Below, piece after piece: positions 9,236 to 18,939 of a stretch of DNA of 64,000 nucleotides (position 1 is its first letter; the number at the start of each line of letters is the position of its first letter). Origin of the DNA: an uncultured Rheinheimera sp. (GTDB lineage: Bacteria; Pseudomonadota; Gammaproteobacteria; Enterobacterales; Alteromonadaceae); assembly GCA_943913835.1 (NCBI GenBank), contig CALTZU010000001.1, forward strand, positions 2,446 through 66,445, in the 5' to 3' direction. The translations under genes and the position numbers were made by a program. Under the pieces are notes generated by a model, which was not told where the DNA came from, searched no databases, and saw only the letters and a program-made list of their open reading frames with translations.

Positions 9236-9910
9236 TTAGTCCTTACAAATAGTGCAAACATAACGCTTAAAAATCAGCGGTATATGCTCAAGTAGCAGAG
9301 TTTTGTCCGGCAGTTCACTTTGGGCTATGGCATCAGACAGCATAGCCTCGTCGAAGCTATTTAAATAGCCTTCCGCCAAAGCACGGTAACTCAAATGCCA
9401 GGCTTCTTTGGCGACTCCACCCTGATCACGCTGATAAGGCCGGAAAAAACCAAACTGTGCCGCATGTTGGCTTAACCACTGATCCAACGCATAAAATGGC
9501 CCACCGATCTGATATTCAGCATCCAGTAACTGCACCTGATAGTCGGCAGTTACAGCGGCTTTGTCATACAGATCCAGATCCGTCCCCCAATGATGGCGAC
9601 TAGCTCCAGGTAAAGCGGAATAAAGTAAAATGGCTTCAATTTTTGCGAAGCCATCTAAAGCATGGATATCCACTTGCTGTTGTGCTTTGTTATAGACAGG
9701 GCGTTGTCCAGTGTATTTTGCTGTCCAAATCCGGGCTTGCTGCGAGAAAGAGCGGAACGATGACACCAGTGCTAACTCAATACCATCCAAAGCAGCAGCC
9801 TGCTGCATTTGTAAATAGGCCGCTTTGACGTCCGGTAATAAGCGGTGACGCTGCTCCAGTTCAACCAGCGCAGTTTCATCAAAACCTGTCAGGTGCCGGG
9901 CCAGACTCAT
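9236..9910 (-). CDS. M15B (VanY-like) D-Ala-D-Ala carboxypeptidase
   Basis: [29 protein letters not shown] zinc motifs; overlaps the dapE stop. Confidence 0.9.
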   Translation of the reverse strand: MSLARHLTGFDETALVELEQRHRLLPDVKAAYLQMQQAAALDGIELALVSSFRSFSQQARIWTAKYTGQRPVYNKAQQQVDIHALDGFAKIEAILLYSALPGASRHHWGTDLDLYDKAAVTADYQVQLLDAEYQIGGPFYALDQWLSQHAAQFGFFRPYQRDQGGVAKEAWHLSYRALAEGYLNSFDEAMLSDAIAQSELPDKTLLLEHIPLIFKRYVCTICKD

Positions 9911-11040
9911 TTCGCGACCAGTTGCTGTAATATATGTTGATACATATCGGCTAAAGGCTCTAAATCGGCCACAGCCACGCATTCATTGATTTTATGAATA
10001 GTTCCATTACAAGGTCCTAATTCCAGAACCTGAGCACCAGTAGGAGCAATAAAACGCCCGTCTGAGGTACCGCCAGTGGTTTCCAGAGAAGGTGCATAAC
10101 CTTTGACCTTTTGCACCGCCTGCACAGCAGCTGCCACCAGTTCACCACTATCGGTCAGGAAGGGCAGACCATTGAGGATCCAGTCGATGCTGTAGTTAAG
10201 ACCATGCTGGTCCAAAACCGCCAGTACTTTTTGTTGTAACTGTTCAGCTGTGACTTCAGTACTGTAACGGAAGTTAAAGGTCAGCTGCACATCACCCGGC
10301 ACCACGTTGGTGGCACCAGTACCGGCATGAATGTTAGAGATCTGAAAACTGGTAGCCGGGAAATAGGCATTACCTTGATCCCAGACGGTTTGTGCTAATT
10401 CAGCCAGCGCAGGCGCGGCTTTATGAATAGGGTTATCCACCAGGTGGGGATAAGCCACATGGCCCTGAATGCCTTTGACCGTCAGATATCCTGTTAAAGA
10501 ACCACGGCGACCATTTTTTATTACATCCCCCAGTGCACTGGTACTGGACGGTTCGCCGACTAAACACCACTTAATTTTTTCATTGCGGCTCTCCAACACT
10601 TCAATCACACGTTTGGTGCCATTGATAAAAGGGCCTTCTTCATCACTGGTAATTAAAAAAGCTATGTCACCTGTAAGTTCAGGGTTCGTTGCCAGAAAAC
10701 GCTCAGTGGCAACCACCATAGCAGCCAGGCTTCCTTTCATATCGGCTGTACCGCGGCCATAGAGCATGCCGTCACGGATTTCGGGCTCAAAAGGTGGGCT
10801 GGTCCATTGCTCCAAAGGACCTGTTGGCACTACATCGGTGTGACCTGCGAAACAGAATAAGGGTTTGCCCTGACCGCGGCGTGCCCATAAATTTAAAGTG
10901 TCTTCAAAAAACATCGACTCAATGGTAAAACCCAAAGCTTCCAGGCGTTGTGCCATCAATTGCTGGCAGCCAGCATCTTCAGGCGTAACCGACTGGCGGC
11001 TGATTAAATCTTTGGTCAGCTCTAGTACTGCTGTGCTCAT
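9907..11040 (-). CDS. dapE: Succinyl-diaminopimelate desuccinylase
   Basis: [52 protein letters not shown]. Confidence 0.97.
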   Translation of the reverse strand: MSTAVLELTKDLISRQSVTPEDAGCQQLMAQRLEALGFTIESMFFEDTLNLWARRGQGKPLFCFAGHTDVVPTGPLEQWTSPPFEPEIRDGMLYGRGTADMKGSLAAMVVATERFLATNPELTGDIAFLITSDEEGPFINGTKRVIEVLESRNEKIKWCLVGEPSSTSALGDVIKNGRRGSLTGYLTVKGIQGHVAYPHLVDNPIHKAAPALAELAQTVWDQGNAYFPATSFQISNIHAGTGATNVVPGDVQLTFNFRYSTEVTAEQLQQKVLAVLDQHGLNYSIDWILNGLPFLTDSGELVAAAVQAVQKVKGYAPSLETTGGTSDGRFIAPTGAQVLELGPCNGTIHKINECVAVADLEPLADMYQHILQQLVAK

Positions 11041-11390
11041 GCGGAAGTCCCAAATAATATTTGATACTGTGATTCTGAAAAACCAAGGTGGTAGTTGCCA
11101 TTGTGCTCCAGCACAGGTCTTTTGATAAGGGCAGGTTGGGCTAACATCAGTTGCACAGCTTTTTCCGTGGTCAAATCTTGTTTGTCAGCCTCAGGCAATG
11201 CTCTATAGGTGGTACCTTTGGTATTGAGTAGCTGCTGCCAGCTCAATTGCTGCATAAACTGAGCTAATAGTTCAGCACTGACACCGTCCTGACGATAATC
11301 TATATATTGATGCGGCAGTTGCTGTTGTTCCAGCCATTTACGGGCTTTTTTAATAGTGTCACAATTTTTAATGCCATAGATCCGGGTCAT
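11037..11390 (-). CDS. yffB: ArsC/Spx family reductase YffB
   Basis: [16 protein letters not shown]...LIKRPVLE; directly upstream of dapE. Confidence 0.9.
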   Translation of the reverse strand: MTRIYGIKNCDTIKKARKWLEQQQLPHQYIDYRQDGVSAELLAQFMQQLSWQQLLNTKGTTYRALPEADKQDLTTEKAVQLMLAQPALIKRPVLEHNGNYHLGFSESQYQILFGTSA

Positions 11391-11403
11391 AAATAGAGTA
11401 ATC

Positions 11404-11919
11404 CTAAGCGCTAACCAATTGAATAGCCAACAAGTCATCCTGTAGCGCCTGATGATAACCTGTTCGGCAGTGAATACTATGAATTCTGGAGTGAGGAGCA
11501 ACCCGTAACAATATCCCAAAGCTCTGATCAGCCTGGCTTAACAGGGCTTTATCATAATGAAGTATAGGTTGTCCCGCCTGAACCAGAGCTTGTTCACCAA
11601 CCAGCCAGTGAAAGCCTAAACCATGTTTAGATTGGCAGTACAGTGGGAAATCTACCACCAGTTTTAAGCCGTTGGAATGCATAAACTGCAGATGTTGGCC
11701 GGTATGATTTTTTCTGCTAAAAGCGGCTGCAAAAGGACTGAATACGGTAGTTCCCCGTAGTTCAAGCCAAAGGCCGTCGCCTTGAAAGCCTGAAGCTATC
11801 AATGCATCACTGCTTGCCAAACGGTTATGACTGAAGGCGTCCACCGGACTTCTCACCCTTAATTTTAATAACGGATCCAGGCTGGTGTGCCACTGCAACT
11901 GACTAAAATGGCTGGACAT
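11404..11919 (-). CDS. Degenerate PTS EIIA(Glc)/Crr-like protein
   Basis: Aligns by eye to Crr (SPVD...D...GDG...SP...G..L...G.GF...V.AGQ...D), but the two His positions read Q and D. Confidence 0.7.
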   Translation of the reverse strand: MSSHFSQLQWHTSLDPLLKLRVRSPVDAFSHNRLASSDALIASGFQGDGLWLELRGTTVFSPFAAAFSRKNHTGQHLQFMHSNGLKLVVDFPLYCQSKHGLGFHWLVGEQALVQAGQPILHYDKALLSQADQSFGILLRVAPHSRIHSIHCRTGYHQALQDDLLAIQLVSA

Positions 11920-12164
11920 GGGTAAAAACATTTAAAGGAACTTGAGCGGATAGTAACGAAAAAAAACAAATTTGGCGAAGACTTCCTGTGCTGATCCGCT
12001 TTGTATCCAGTGCCGTAATTTATGTAGTAAAACTAACATGAAGTTAGCTGAGCTACTAAATAGTTTTTTCAGAGGTTTCACTATAAAAACGTCATGAAAA
12101 GCTGATAAGTCGATGTCGATCCTGGCAGTAAAATGGTGAAGGCCCTATGTTTTCTTTGTTTATG

Positions 12165-12228
12165 TTGTCCACAGATTCTGTGGATAACTTTGTGTGTTGT
12201 TATGTTTAATTGATTTAAGTTATTGAAA
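12165..12228. promoter_or_regulatory. DARS-like DnaA-box trio with adjacent IHF-like site
   Basis: TTGTCCACA-N5-TGTGGATAA-N3-TGTGTGTTG (12165-12199), then TAAGTTATTGAAA (12216-12228), in a 600-bp AT-rich intergenic region. Confidence 0.7.
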
Positions 12229-12479
12229 AAAATTAGAAAATACTAATGGCACAAAATTTGTTTAGTTGGCGTTTTCGCAAATAATTGTGCTAAGGCGGGA
12301 AACTGCGAGTTTTCTTGTTGAATCCAAAAATTTGACTGTAAAATATTTGTAATAACTTTGCGTGGATTTTGTGTTTGATTTTTAATGGCGGGATTTCAAT
12401 AAATATTTTCTGTCCGGGGCGCTTTTAGCTTTAGTTTCTGTCAAAGCTGGACGATAGTTGAAGCAGGGGGTAGACTCCG

Positions 12480-12492
12480 AATCAACGACTTG
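12480..12492 (+). promoter_or_regulatory. IHF binding site (consensus match)
   Basis: AATCAACGACTTG matches WATCAANNNNTTR. Confidence 0.5.
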
Positions 12493-12528
12493 TGGTAAGT
12501 ACAGCAATCACCAAGAGGAGTACCTGCG

Positions 12529-12972
12529 ATGTCAGCTATGTTTTCGACACTCAAAGCGGGGCTGCAGTACAGCCGTGACTGGCCTGTGGTACTAGAGTTA
12601 AACGCGATTTTTCCGGAGAATAAAATTATCCGGATGACAAACTTTGCGCAAAAAACATTACCAGCAGTAGCAGCTGTGGGCGCTCTGGTGCAGTTTAATC
12701 TGCTGGGCGCGAGTCAATTGCCTCTGATCCTGACCATGATGTTATGTATTTTATCTATGCCGTTTCAGGGCTGGTATTGGCTTGGGAAAAGAGCCCAAAC
12801 TGAATTGCCGCCTGGTTTGAGTAGCTGGTATGGTGAAATTAAGCAAAAAATGCAGGAGCAGGGGTTACAAACCCAAAATCCTCAACACAAGCTGCGGTAC
12901 GCTGATCTAGCATTGTTACTAAAACAAGCTTTTGGGCAGTTGGATAAAGCCTTTCTGCGCGACTGGCTTTGA
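12529..12972 (+). CDS. yfbV: Terminus macrodomain insulation protein YfbV (DUF412)
   Basis: G.QY...WP...EL.AIFPENKII, two TM segments, S.PFQG.YWLGKRA.T.LPP.L..WY; GAGGAG RBS. Confidence 0.9.
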   Translation: MSAMFSTLKAGLQYSRDWPVVLELNAIFPENKIIRMTNFAQKTLPAVAAVGALVQFNLLGASQLPLILTMMLCILSMPFQGWYWLGKRAQTELPPGLSSWYGEIKQKMQEQGLQTQNPQHKLRYADLALLLKQAFGQLDKAFLRDWL

Positions 12973-13099
12973 TTGCTCAAAGGAAGCAAAACGGCGGTAT
13001 TGCTTATCCTGAGCTTTCCTGTGTGAACTCAGGATGATCAAAGGCTCTGAGTCACGTTAGCTTTTTGTTGCGCCTACAATAGATGTTACTTTGAATACC

Positions 13100-13720
13100 T
13101 TATTTACCGGACAAATAAATTCGTTGGTAAAAGGTGTAGACCCATTCTGGTTTATAAACCACCAGCAAGGTCATTGCCATGCCATTAAGCAAGGCTTCGG
13201 GTAGAGCGGCCAGAGGAATAAATATCAGGTATCCTTCGTACAACTGATGCGAGCTATAGTGTTCGGCGTGGATCCAGGCTTGCAGTAACATAAATACCAC
13301 CAGACCCAGAGCACTGTTTAAAAAGGCCGCGACAAACAGATAAACAAATAGTTGCCGCTGAAGATAATGAAAACACAGCAAATAAACGAAGTAGTTTAAT
13401 CCAAGCACTAACCAGCCACTAAGCAAAGTCCAAAGCAGTTGCTCTAAAGCTTTTTCTGTCATTAGCCATTGCAGCGCTATCACGAGCACAAAAAGTAGAG
13501 CGCTTAAACGCAGACCGAATACTAACACCAGACTGGTCAGAGCCAAAAAATGAATGGAAAGTGCGTCCAGCACGGTCGCGTTTGTTTGCCATAGTAATGC
13601 CAGTATACAAACACTGGCACCAGCTACAGACCAGGGAACAGCTTTGTTGCGAATTTCTTTCCAGAAATTCGCATTAAACAATAATGCCGCTAGCAACAGC
13701 AGACAAAATGCGGCGAGCAT
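13100..13720 (-). CDS. Energy-coupling-factor S-component-like membrane protein (CbiM-like)
   Basis: IHFLALTSLVLVFG, LFVYLFVAAF, PEALLNGM...LVVYKPEWV; multiple TM segments. Confidence 0.8.
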   Translation of the reverse strand: MLAAFCLLLLAALLFNANFWKEIRNKAVPWSVAGASVCILALLWQTNATVLDALSIHFLALTSLVLVFGLRLSALLFVLVIALQWLMTEKALEQLLWTLLSGWLVLGLNYFVYLLCFHYLQRQLFVYLFVAAFLNSALGLVVFMLLQAWIHAEHYSSHQLYEGYLIFIPLAALPEALLNGMAMTLLVVYKPEWVYTFYQRIYLSGK

Positions 13721-13724
13721 CAGC

Positions 13725-14537
13725 TTAACTTAAATCGAAATTTGACCAGACAGGCGCATGATCAGAAGGTCGCTCCAGGCCACGCAGCTCGTAATCTATA
13801 TCACTCTCTGTGCACAAAGCTGCCAAAGGAGCAGTGGCCATAACAACATCAATACGCAGACCTCTGTTGTCATCAAAACCTTTAGAACGGTAGTCGAACC
13901 AGCTGTATTTTTCTGTCGCCTGTGGATGCAACGCGCGGAAAGTATCGATTAGGCCCCAGCCTTTTAATGTCGCTAACATTTCCCGCTCTTCAGGTAAAAA
14001 TGAACATTTACCTTCTTTTAACCAACGTTTGGCGTTAGCCTCACCTATGCCTATATCCAGATCTTCAGGAGAAATATTGATATCACCTATGACAGCCACA
14101 TAGTCATCAGGGCTATGGTGGTCAATTAAATACTGTTGCAGATCGGCATAAAACTTCTGTTTAGCCGGGAATTTTGTTTCGTGACTACGGTTTTCGCCCT
14201 GTGGAAAGTAGCCGTTTAATAAAGTCAGAGTTTTGCCACTATCCAATGCAAAAGTACCAATTAACATACGGCGCTGAGCGTCTGGCGCGTCTGTTGGGAA
14301 GCCATAAAGCATAGACTGAGCTGGCTTTTTACTCAAAATGGCCACGCCGTAATGACCTTTTTGTCCAAAGTAATACAAGTGGTAACCGAACTTCTGCATC
14401 TCTTCGAGCGGGAATTCATCATCATGCACTTTAATTTCCTGTAAACCGACAAAATCAGGAGAATGTTTAGCCAGTAAAGCTTCAATTTGATGTGGTCTGG
14501 CGCGTAAACCATTTATATTAAATGAAATTATTTTCAT
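13725..14537 (-). CDS. xthA: Exodeoxyribonuclease III
   Basis: [46 protein letters not shown]. Confidence 0.97.
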   Translation of the reverse strand: MKIISFNINGLRARPHQIEALLAKHSPDFVGLQEIKVHDDEFPLEEMQKFGYHLYYFGQKGHYGVAILSKKPAQSMLYGFPTDAPDAQRRMLIGTFALDSGKTLTLLNGYFPQGENRSHETKFPAKQKFYADLQQYLIDHHSPDDYVAVIGDINISPEDLDIGIGEANAKRWLKEGKCSFLPEEREMLATLKGWGLIDTFRALHPQATEKYSWFDYRSKGFDDNRGLRIDVVMATAPLAALCTESDIDYELRGLERPSDHAPVWSNFDLS

Positions 14538-14674
14538 GCTGGGTCTCTGATCCGGATGAGAGTAAAAACGTCTGAGCTGCATACTAGCATTTTGTCAGCT
14601 CAAGGGTGAACAGCTGCTTGCTCCCTCTGGCGACAAACTTTAAGCTATGCCTTTGCCCTGATGAGTCTGATGTT

Positions 14675-15364
14675 GTGAACTCTGAGTTACCCGCCTATCA
14701 ACTAAAATTTTCCGCCAAAAGGCGTAGTATTCAGCTGAAAATTAAGTCTGGACAGCTATGGATCTGTGCTCCTGTCGGCTGCGACCTGAAATTTATTCAG
14801 CAATTGATTATGCAGAAAAAACACTGGATAGATAAACATCTGGAGCAGCAGCAACAGCAGACCGAAGCAGGTTGGTTGGAACAAGGGCAAATTCCATTTT
14901 TTGACGACAAATTACAGCTGAGAATAGTACAGGATTCGGTGAATCAATTTAGTCTGGAAGGTGATTGCTTGTGGTTGCAGCTATCACACCGAAATAAAAC
15001 GGACAGTCGGTACAAATGGATAGTGAAGCTGGTTACAGACTTTTATATGCAACAGGCGCAACTGTGGTTTTCGCAACAAGTGTTGCATGAGCAGCAGCGC
15101 ATGTCCCTGCAAAGCAGAGAGGTGCGGGTGTGTAACTTTAGAGCAAAGTGGGGCAGTTGTGATTCGTCGGGCTTGTTGAGCTTTAACTGGCGACTTTTAA
15201 TGGCACCAGCTTGGGTAGCCCGTTATGTCGTAGTGCACGAATTGGCACATCTGGTGCACATGAATCACAGTAAAAATTTTTGGTCTTTAGTTGCGGAGTT
15301 TAATACAGATGCAGCCAAAGCCAGACTTTGGCTAAAGCAAAATCAGCATTGGATGCAGTTATAA
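14675..15364 (+). CDS. YgjP-like (M48/SprT, DUF45) zinc hydrolase; start uncertain (14606 or 14675)
   Basis: RRSIQL, KWGSC, FNWRL...YVVVHELAHLVHMNHS..FW. Confidence 0.88.
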   Translation: MNSELPAYQLKFSAKRRSIQLKIKSGQLWICAPVGCDLKFIQQLIMQKKHWIDKHLEQQQQQTEAGWLEQGQIPFFDDKLQLRIVQDSVNQFSLEGDCLWLQLSHRNKTDSRYKWIVKLVTDFYMQQAQLWFSQQVLHEQQRMSLQSREVRVCNFRAKWGSCDSSGLLSFNWRLLMAPAWVARYVVVHELAHLVHMNHSKNFWSLVAEFNTDAAKARLWLKQNQHWMQL

Positions 15365-15452
15365 CTATAAGTTTGTCCAGATCTGCATAAAATTCAAAAA
15401 TTTTTCCACGGCAGCCCGGCGCCTGTATCCGGGGGATTTATTCTCAGGTGAT

Positions 15453-15514
15453 AAAAGAAAGCCGACCATAAGGCCGGCAAAGTTTACTTCTTGGGAGAAT
15501 AGAAAGATGATTCA
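15453..15514 (-). ncRNA. Candidate sigmaE-dependent small RNA (about 60 nt)
   Basis: Minus strand has an RpoE-type promoter, then GAATCATCTTTCTATTCTCCCAAGAAG..., then terminator GCCGGCC-TTAT-GGTCGGC-TTTCTTTT; no ORF inside. Confidence 0.6.
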
Positions 15515-15519
15515 CCTAG

Positions 15520-15546
15520 TCTGACCCGTTACGGCTGAAAAAATTC
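15520..15546 (-). promoter_or_regulatory. RpoE (sigmaE) type promoter
   Basis: GAATTT-N16-TCAGA on the minus strand (consensus GAACTT-N16-TCNRA). Confidence 0.6.
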
Positions 15547-15729
15547 AATTTTATTTCTGTTTTTTTGATCTGTGCACTTTGCTTTGCAGTTTCCTTTGCT
15601 TAATCAATAGTGCAGGCTTTCCAGCTGATGGTGTTTTCTGCTTTAATTCGCTGCGACTTGCCTATGGGGCGAACAGAATTAACAGCAAATTGGCCGTTTA
15701 GAGCCACTCTTCTATTTCAGGACAACAGC

Positions 15730-16464
15730 ATGACAAACCCTCTGCGTATACAACAACTGATGAAGTTGGTGGATTTAACCCGTTTAAATGATCAGGATGA
15801 TGTAGCAGGTATGCAGCAATGGCTGGAACAGGATCTGGTCAGCGCAACGCTGTTACCTGCAGCTATTTGTGTTTACCCTGACTATCTGACTCAGGTCAAA
15901 AATTTTCTGCAGCAAAAAAAGCTGGCAGTGAAATTAGCAACTGTTGTTAATTTCCCGTCAGGAGCTTTACCTTTAGTGCAGGTTCTTGCTCAAATAAAAA
16001 CGGCATTAGCAGCTGGAGCTGATGAAATTGACTGCGTATTGCCATACCAGATTTTATTGTCGGGCCAAACTGAATTAGTAAGAGACTTTTTAGCGCAAGT
16101 GCGCAACGCAACAAAGGGACACTGTTTAAAAATTATCATTGAATCAGGTGAATTAGGTACTTGTCAGCAGATAGGTAAAGCTACTGAACTGGTGGTAGAG
16201 TCAGGTGCTGACTTTGTGAAGACGTCTACAGGCAAAGTCAAGGTTGGGGTCACAGAGGAAGCCGCACGTATTATGCTTGCAGTAATAGCTGCCTCAGAAC
16301 GTCGCGTTGGATTTAAAGCGTCAGGTGGCGTGCGGTCAGTGGAGTTTGCGTTAAAGCTGGTCAGTTTATTTGAAGAACTGACAGGTGAGGTGGCAACAGC
16401 TCAATATATGCGCTTGGGTGCCAGTGCTTTAATGAAAGACCTAAGTCAGCAACTGGATTACTGA
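15730..16464 (+). CDS. deoC: Deoxyribose-phosphate aldolase (stand-alone)
   Basis: DLTRLN, AAICVYP, ATVVNFPSG, GADEID, KIIIESG, FVKTSTGK, GFKASGG. Confidence 0.93.
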   Translation: MTNPLRIQQLMKLVDLTRLNDQDDVAGMQQWLEQDLVSATLLPAAICVYPDYLTQVKNFLQQKKLAVKLATVVNFPSGALPLVQVLAQIKTALAAGADEIDCVLPYQILLSGQTELVRDFLAQVRNATKGHCLKIIIESGELGTCQQIGKATELVVESGADFVKTSTGKVKVGVTEEAARIMLAVIAASERRVGFKASGGVRSVEFALKLVSLFEELTGEVATAQYMRLGASALMKDLSQQLDY

Positions 16465-16493
16465 GTAAAAAAAGACAGCCGCTTCGATGCAGA

Positions 16494-18182
16494 TTAGCGG
16501 CTGTAGCGTTTCTCTTCCTTTAGTTTATTAAACTGCTGCAGCAGTTCCTGATGCCGTATTTTGTGATGTTCTGGCAGAGGCATATTATCCACTATTCTGA
16601 ACGTCTTACGGCATTTCTCAGCCAACTCCAGTGGTTTCTTCCGTTTTGGATCTGCCATCATTTGGATCGCGGTCTGAATAAAGTTTAATGCACTACCTGT
16701 ATTCATAGGTGCTACTTCTAAAGCTTGTTCGAAACGTAATAAAGCCTGTTCGTAATTGCCTTCTTTGTAGAACTGAATACCTTGTTTGTTTAATTCATTG
16801 AAACTGGTCTGGCGGCTTAAGGAGCGACTTTGTTGCTCGCTGAAAAGTTTTGCCAACAGAGGATCGATAGCACCTGCCACTCCCTGTAATTTCTGGGTCA
16901 GGCTGGACGCCTGTTCAAACTCACCTATTTGGTTCAACAGTAGCACTGCATCAGCTGCGCAATGTGGGATAGGTGGCAGTTCATCAGGTTGCTCAGGATC
17001 TATTTCAGGAGCCATCTGCGCCGCGACACGATCCGACACAGTTGCGTAGGTCTTTTTCGCCAGGTACTGCTGGCCACTTAAAGATTCCAACCGTGCCTGG
17101 CACAAAGTTTCGAACAATTCGAAGTCAAAGTCACGTATGACCGTATCTTCTCTTTTTGCTCTGTGAATGGCCATCAAGGCTTCTTGCTGGTACTTGTTGC
17201 GCTGGTTTAATTCTTCAGAGCGAGAGGCTGCGTCTATCACAGTACGAATATAGTTAAGCAGGTGTACAACTTCCTGACGTGCTGAGCGCCGGGTAATTTC
17301 GTAGATCTGCTTGCTGGCCTGCACCAGACTTGCCAGGTCATCCATGCTGCGGGCTATATCCATTAACAGATTTTGCCTGCTAACAGAGAAAGGAGAAATC
17401 ACAATGGCCTGAGAAATAACCTCCATCGCTTCTTCCATCAAGCCCTGAGCTATTAAATTTCTGGCTTTGAGATCATAAGCTTCTGCAAAATACCTGTTGG
17501 TGTCTATAGCTTCGTTACATAACTCCATACTTTCATCATAGCGTTCTTGTTCAAAACACAAACGTGCCTGCAGTAACAAGGCCCAGTTCGTACGACTGAA
17601 TGCCAAGGTTTCAGACAATAAAGCCTCTGCTTCGTCATATTGCTTTAGTTTCAGATGAGTTTCCGCTTGGATTCGACCACACAAAGAATGGTAACGGCTA
17701 TGGTTTTCACGTTCTTGTTTGCAGGCTTCGATCACCAGTTCAGGCTGGTCGTCAAACATAGCCTGATAAATTGGTGCCAGTTGTTTCTTTCGGTTTTGAA
17801 TTTTAACCAGACGGGTGCGCAGTACACTTTGTGAGAAAGGTTTAATGATGTAATCATCAGGTTCGGCTTCTATGGCGCCTACGACCATAGGGACCTGATT
17901 TTCTCCTGTGACTATCATGTAAACAGCGCCTGGATGTAGCAGCTTTTTTTCCCGCAAATCTTCTAATAGCTGGCGGCCGTTTTTACCTGAACCTAAGTTG
18001 TAATCTACAAACAATACATCGTATGAGCCGTGCATGCATTTCCACAACGCTTGTTCACCGGTCAGAACAAAGGCAATATTGGTCGCGCCCATTGAATAGA
18101 GTATGCCCTTGAGCAATAACTGGAAGGGGCGTTGGTCATCAACAATCAGGACTCGAAGATTTTCGAGAGTTTTGTACGACAT
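16494..18182 (-). CDS. Response regulator receiver plus TPR-repeat protein
   Basis: LIVDD, VDYNLG..KNGRQLLE, DDYIIKPF, then TPR helices (NKQGIQFYKEGNYEQAL). Confidence 0.88.
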   Translation of the reverse strand: MSYKTLENLRVLIVDDQRPFQLLLKGILYSMGATNIAFVLTGEQALWKCMHGSYDVLFVDYNLGSGKNGRQLLEDLREKKLLHPGAVYMIVTGENQVPMVVGAIEAEPDDYIIKPFSQSVLRTRLVKIQNRKKQLAPIYQAMFDDQPELVIEACKQERENHSRYHSLCGRIQAETHLKLKQYDEAEALLSETLAFSRTNWALLLQARLCFEQERYDESMELCNEAIDTNRYFAEAYDLKARNLIAQGLMEEAMEVISQAIVISPFSVSRQNLLMDIARSMDDLASLVQASKQIYEITRRSARQEVVHLLNYIRTVIDAASRSEELNQRNKYQQEALMAIHRAKREDTVIRDFDFELFETLCQARLESLSGQQYLAKKTYATVSDRVAAQMAPEIDPEQPDELPPIPHCAADAVLLLNQIGEFEQASSLTQKLQGVAGAIDPLLAKLFSEQQSRSLSRQTSFNELNKQGIQFYKEGNYEQALLRFEQALEVAPMNTGSALNFIQTAIQMMADPKRKKPLELAEKCRKTFRIVDNMPLPEHHKIRHQELLQQFNKLKEEKRYSR

Positions 18183-18284
18183 TCAGCAAACCTATCGATT
18201 CAATTATCGCAAGTGTTGATAATATGTTGGATTTTAGCAAGGAAAATTTAGTGACTTATTCTGGAACTGTAACGCAGAGAGAAA

Positions 18285-18369
<85 letters not shown>

Positions 18370-18384
18370 ACAAGTGTGGAGCGC

Positions 18385-18412
18385 ATCTTATCAAAAAACA
18401 TTTTGATGTAAA
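18385..18412 (-). promoter_or_regulatory. Stable-RNA sigma70 promoter of tRNA-Tyr
   Basis: TTTACA-N16-TAAGAT followed by the GC-rich discriminator GCGCTCC (tyrT-like). Confidence 0.8.
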
Positions 18413-18480
18413 GGAAATTACTTAACTTTTTTGTCTGACTGCCGATAAAGCAAACAATAAGATGTTTTTGTGCAGATTTT

Positions 18481-18939
18481 ATGCTGATTAATGAGTGGCA
18501 AACCGGAGTTCGGTTAAATGAGGCGGTTCAGCAAAACAGGCTGAGTGATTTTTCACTCTGGTTGGCGTTTTTGTCACCTGCAGTGGAGGAATTTGCTCAG
18601 TTTTATACACCTGATGGCCAAGGTGCCAGATTTCAGCCTGATTTATATCAGCAACTGGGCATACAGCAAGCCAGGCCTTTTTCTTTTATAGCCTCAGATG
18701 AATTACATTTAAAACAACAGGCTACCGCTTTTCAGCAGGGCGGCGCCGTGGCTTTGCATTTAATGCAATGTCTGCAAGGAGCGCCTTTGGTAATGGAAGA
18801 CAATAAACAGAAGTTGCCTGATGAGGTGAAGTCCGGTTTGAGTTTGCATGCAAGGCGCCATCTGCTTCAGCAAAAACCAGAGATGATGAAGGCCGATCCA
18901 ACAGCTTTGTATGAAATTCTAAATCAGTTACACGCCTGA
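18481..18939 (+). CDS. VC2046/SO_2500 family conserved protein
   Basis: LINEWQ.G..LN.AV...R..DF.L.LA.LS....EFAQF; next to ychJ. Confidence 0.75.
   Translation: MLINEWQTGVRLNEAVQQNRLSDFSLWLAFLSPAVEEFAQFYTPDGQGARFQPDLYQQLGIQQARPFSFIASDELHLKQQATAFQQGGAVALHLMQCLQGAPLVMEDNKQKLPDEVKSGLSLHARRHLLQQKPEMMKADPTALYEILNQLHA

Noticed and set aside
12247..12262. sigma54 promoter TGGCAC-N5-TTGT
   Set aside because: The -12 GC reads GT and the site is about 270 nt from yfbV; too weak to call and may be part of an architectural-protein site
11932..12528. oriC
   Set aside because: Only about three DnaA boxes, few GATC sites, no 13-mer unwinding repeats and no gidA/mioC/dnaA context; the layout fits DARS better
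15493..15524. Mini-ORF MIHLV with a GGGAGA RBS on the plus strand
   Set aside because: Only five codons; better explained as the complement of the candidate sRNA seed
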